NCBI GenBank assembly: GCA_903936865.1
Contig: CAIZXK010000034.1
Coordinates: 1 to 51,403 of the forward strand
DNA length: 51,403 nucleotides
Source of the DNA: an uncultured Bacteroidales bacterium
Lineage (GTDB): Bacteria > Bacteroidota > Bacteroidia > Bacteroidales > JACABE01
Direction of reading: 5' to 3'
Positions 50,288-51,403 of this stretch are shown here, in pieces. Below the pieces are notes generated by a model. The model saw nothing but the letters and a program-made list of their open reading frames with translations. It was not told where the DNA came from and made no database searches. Each line of letters begins with the position of its first letter. Position 1 is the first letter of the stretch. The translations under genes were made by a program, and so were the position numbers.

Positions 50288-50530
50288 CTTGCATTACAGA
50301 CAAACCCTCCGAAAATGTATTTGTCCATACCTTGCATTACAGACTACCTATCCATAAGTGTATTTGTCCATACCTTGCATTACAGACTACCTATCCGTAA
50401 ACGTATTTGCCCATACCTTGCATTACAGACTACCTATCCGTAAACATATTTGCCCATACCTTGCATTACAGACTGCCTATCCGTAAACGTATATGTCCAT
50501 ACCTTGCATTACAGACTACCTATCCGTAAG
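50288..50530. repeat. Noncoding tandem array: 5 full plus 1 partial copy of a 43-nt unit
   Basis: Units start at 50288, 50331, 50374, 50417, 50460 and 50503 (the last is 28 nt). The consensus is CCTTGCATTACAGACTACCTATCCGTAAACGTATTTGCCCATA. Mismatches to consensus are 7, 4, 0, 1, 3 and 0. There are no unique spacers, and the unit length is not a multiple of 3. Confidence 0.95.
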
Positions 50531-50730
50531 GTTTTTTTGATTTTCCCGGTAACGGCGGGTAAAAATAAGAATTATTTTTTATCCTTTTTTGATATTCCCA
50601 AAAACAATAAGACACTTCCTAATCCGTTGCAATACAAACTATATGTGCAGTTTAAAGGAGCATCAAATGTTTTGCAAATCTACTTTAAAAAACTTAAATC
50701 ACCAGATAAACTGTATTTGCCAAAAAGCAT

Positions 50731-50738
50731 TAAATTTG
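50731..50738 (+). promoter_or_regulatory. Candidate -7 box (TAAATTTG) for the methyltransferase ORF, overlapping a 10-bp palindrome
   Basis: Exact TAnnTTTG match ending 14 nt upstream of the ATG at 50752, which would give a near-leaderless mRNA. It overlaps the palindrome ATTTGCAAAT (50734-50743). Confidence 0.3.
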
Positions 50739-50751
50739 CAAATAAAAAATC

Positions 50752-51297
50752 ATGTTTTTAAGAAAAGTATTTTATAAAATAAGTCCCGAACAACGTTACT
50801 TTGTACGCAGGTTATATTATCTTCCTATCGATATTCTGGATACTATTACAGGCAAAAGAAATAAGTATATTCCTCCCCGTGGATTAATATTTACAGGTGG
50901 TGGTGATTATACAAAACTAGCCAATATGTTTTTTGCATATTTCAAAAACTATTGCAATCTTCAGCCCAATCATTGTGTACTTGATATAGGTAGCGGAATT
51001 GGCAGAATGGCTATCCCTTTTATTGGTTATCTGGATAATAATGGAAGATATGAAGGTATTGATATTGTAAAAACGGGTATTAACTGGTGTAATAAACATA
51101 TTTCCAAATCAAATCCTCAATTCAGATTTAATCATTCTGATATTTACAATGATTTGTACAATACCAAAGGAAAAATCAAAGGCGAAGAATATAACTTTAC
51201 ATACAAAAATGATGAATTTGATCTTGCTTTTCTTACATCGGTTTTCACACACATGCTGCAAGCTGAAGTAGAGCAATGGCATCAATTGTCGGATTAA
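50752..51297 (+). CDS. Class I SAM-dependent methyltransferase, apparently C-terminally truncated
   Basis: 181 aa. It has motif I VLDIGSGIGR, the acidic beta-2 end YEGIDI, and a motif IV-like FDLAFLTSVFTHM. The ORF stops 14 codons later, so there is no room for the remaining strands of the Rossmann-like fold. Confidence 0.6.
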   Translation: MFLRKVFYKISPEQRYFVRRLYYLPIDILDTITGKRNKYIPPRGLIFTGGGDYTKLANMFFAYFKNYCNLQPNHCVLDIGSGIGRMAIPFIGYLDNNGRYEGIDIVKTGINWCNKHISKSNPQFRFNHSDIYNDLYNTKGKIKGEEYNFTYKNDEFDLAFLTSVFTHMLQAEVEQWHQLSD

Positions 51298-51403
51298 AAA
51301 AAGCCTCAACTGCATCAGCCACCATTGAAACATCAACGTCCCCAACCGTAATAACAGGCTCAAAGCCCTGGTTGACAACAGCTTCGATTAACTTATTAGT
51401 GGC
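51245..51403 (-). CDS. 3' end of an unidentified minus-strand gene running off the window edge (partial)
   Basis: My hand translation of the reverse complement from 51403 gives ATNKLIEAVVNQGFEPVITVGDVDVSMVADAVEAFFNPTIDAIALLQLAACV, followed by a stop (TGA at 51245-51247). It is open to the window edge, and the composition looks protein-like. I cannot identify the family. Confidence 0.35.
   Translation of the reverse strand, partial: ATNKLIEAVVNQGFEPVITVGDVDVSMVADAVEAFFNPTIDAIALLQLAACV

Noticed and set aside
50288-50530. Possible CRISPR array
   Set aside because: The whole 43-nt unit is repeated. There are no unique spacer segments between conserved repeats, the repeats are not palindromic, and no cas genes lie in the window.
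50288-50530. Repeat units as DnaA boxes or a replication origin
   Set aside because: The closest segments (CTATCCGTA and CTATCCATA) differ from TTATCCACA at 2-3 of 9 positions. No dnaA or other origin-linked gene is present, and origin calling needs whole-genome skew, which I cannot compute.
50545-50560. Small G+C-rich hairpin CCCG-GTAACGG-CGGG just after the repeat array, as a possible terminator
   Set aside because: The stem has only 4 bp, and neither strand has a following U-tract.
50160-50761. Four ORF-track ORFs (65-103 aa) running through the repeat array
   Set aside because: They are the same 43-nt repeat read in three shifting frames (recurrent ...HTLHYRLPI.K.ICPYLALQTTYP). Each ends at the repeat-internal TAA. 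The first starts at a GTG inside the usp terminator loop.

Overview
This is an AT-rich chromosomal segment (roughly one-third G+C by eye) that reads as core genome of a member of the Bacteroidota. The evidence is a T9SS C-terminal sorting domain, a DUF4290-murA pair, a GxxExxY protein, recurring TAnnTTTG -7 promoter boxes, and map rather than adk after secY. The centre (6.6-24.8 kb, minus strand) is one uninterrupted 33-gene translation supercluster running rpsL-rpsG-fusA-rpsJ through rpoA-rplQ. It includes two small genes absent from the ORF track that I translated by hand (rpmJ 9783-9899, rpmD 12801-12980). A strong terminator follows rplQ, then eno. The left flank holds a DUF4294 protein, YjbQ, an NlpC/P60 peptidase, a GT-C membrane glycosyltransferase and a TlpA-like thioredoxin. 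The right flank holds a YjjG-like HAD hydrolase, a nucleotide-sugar block (ugd, UDP-xylose synthase, orphan rfbD, an interposed GxxExxY gene, phosphoglucomutase) and radC. After these come a translationally coupled deacetylase-like/FemAB-like pair, upp, an orphan MacB-type permease, a T9SS cargo protein, a lipoprotein, a DCC oxidoreductase and a UvrD/PcrA helicase. Further right are DUF4290-murA, a putative porin, a eukaryote-type lysine-ketoglutarate reductase, a DUF4476 protein and two tandem-domain universal stress proteins. I found no rRNA, tRNA, CRISPR array, transposase, integrase, phage gene or recognisable defence gene, and nothing that convinces me of a new multi-gene system. The most unusual structure is a noncoding array of 5.65 copies of a 43-nt tandem repeat (50288-50530). 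It lies in a 630-nt gene-free gap upstream of a methyltransferase ORF that looks C-terminally truncated. That ORF overlaps a convergent, G+C-richer ORF running off the right edge of the window. Secondary observations are a sequence box shared upstream of the two USP genes, the GxxExxY gene wedged into the sugar operon, and the coupled deacetylase/FemAB-like pair. All functional calls come from reading the translated ORFs; no database search was possible.
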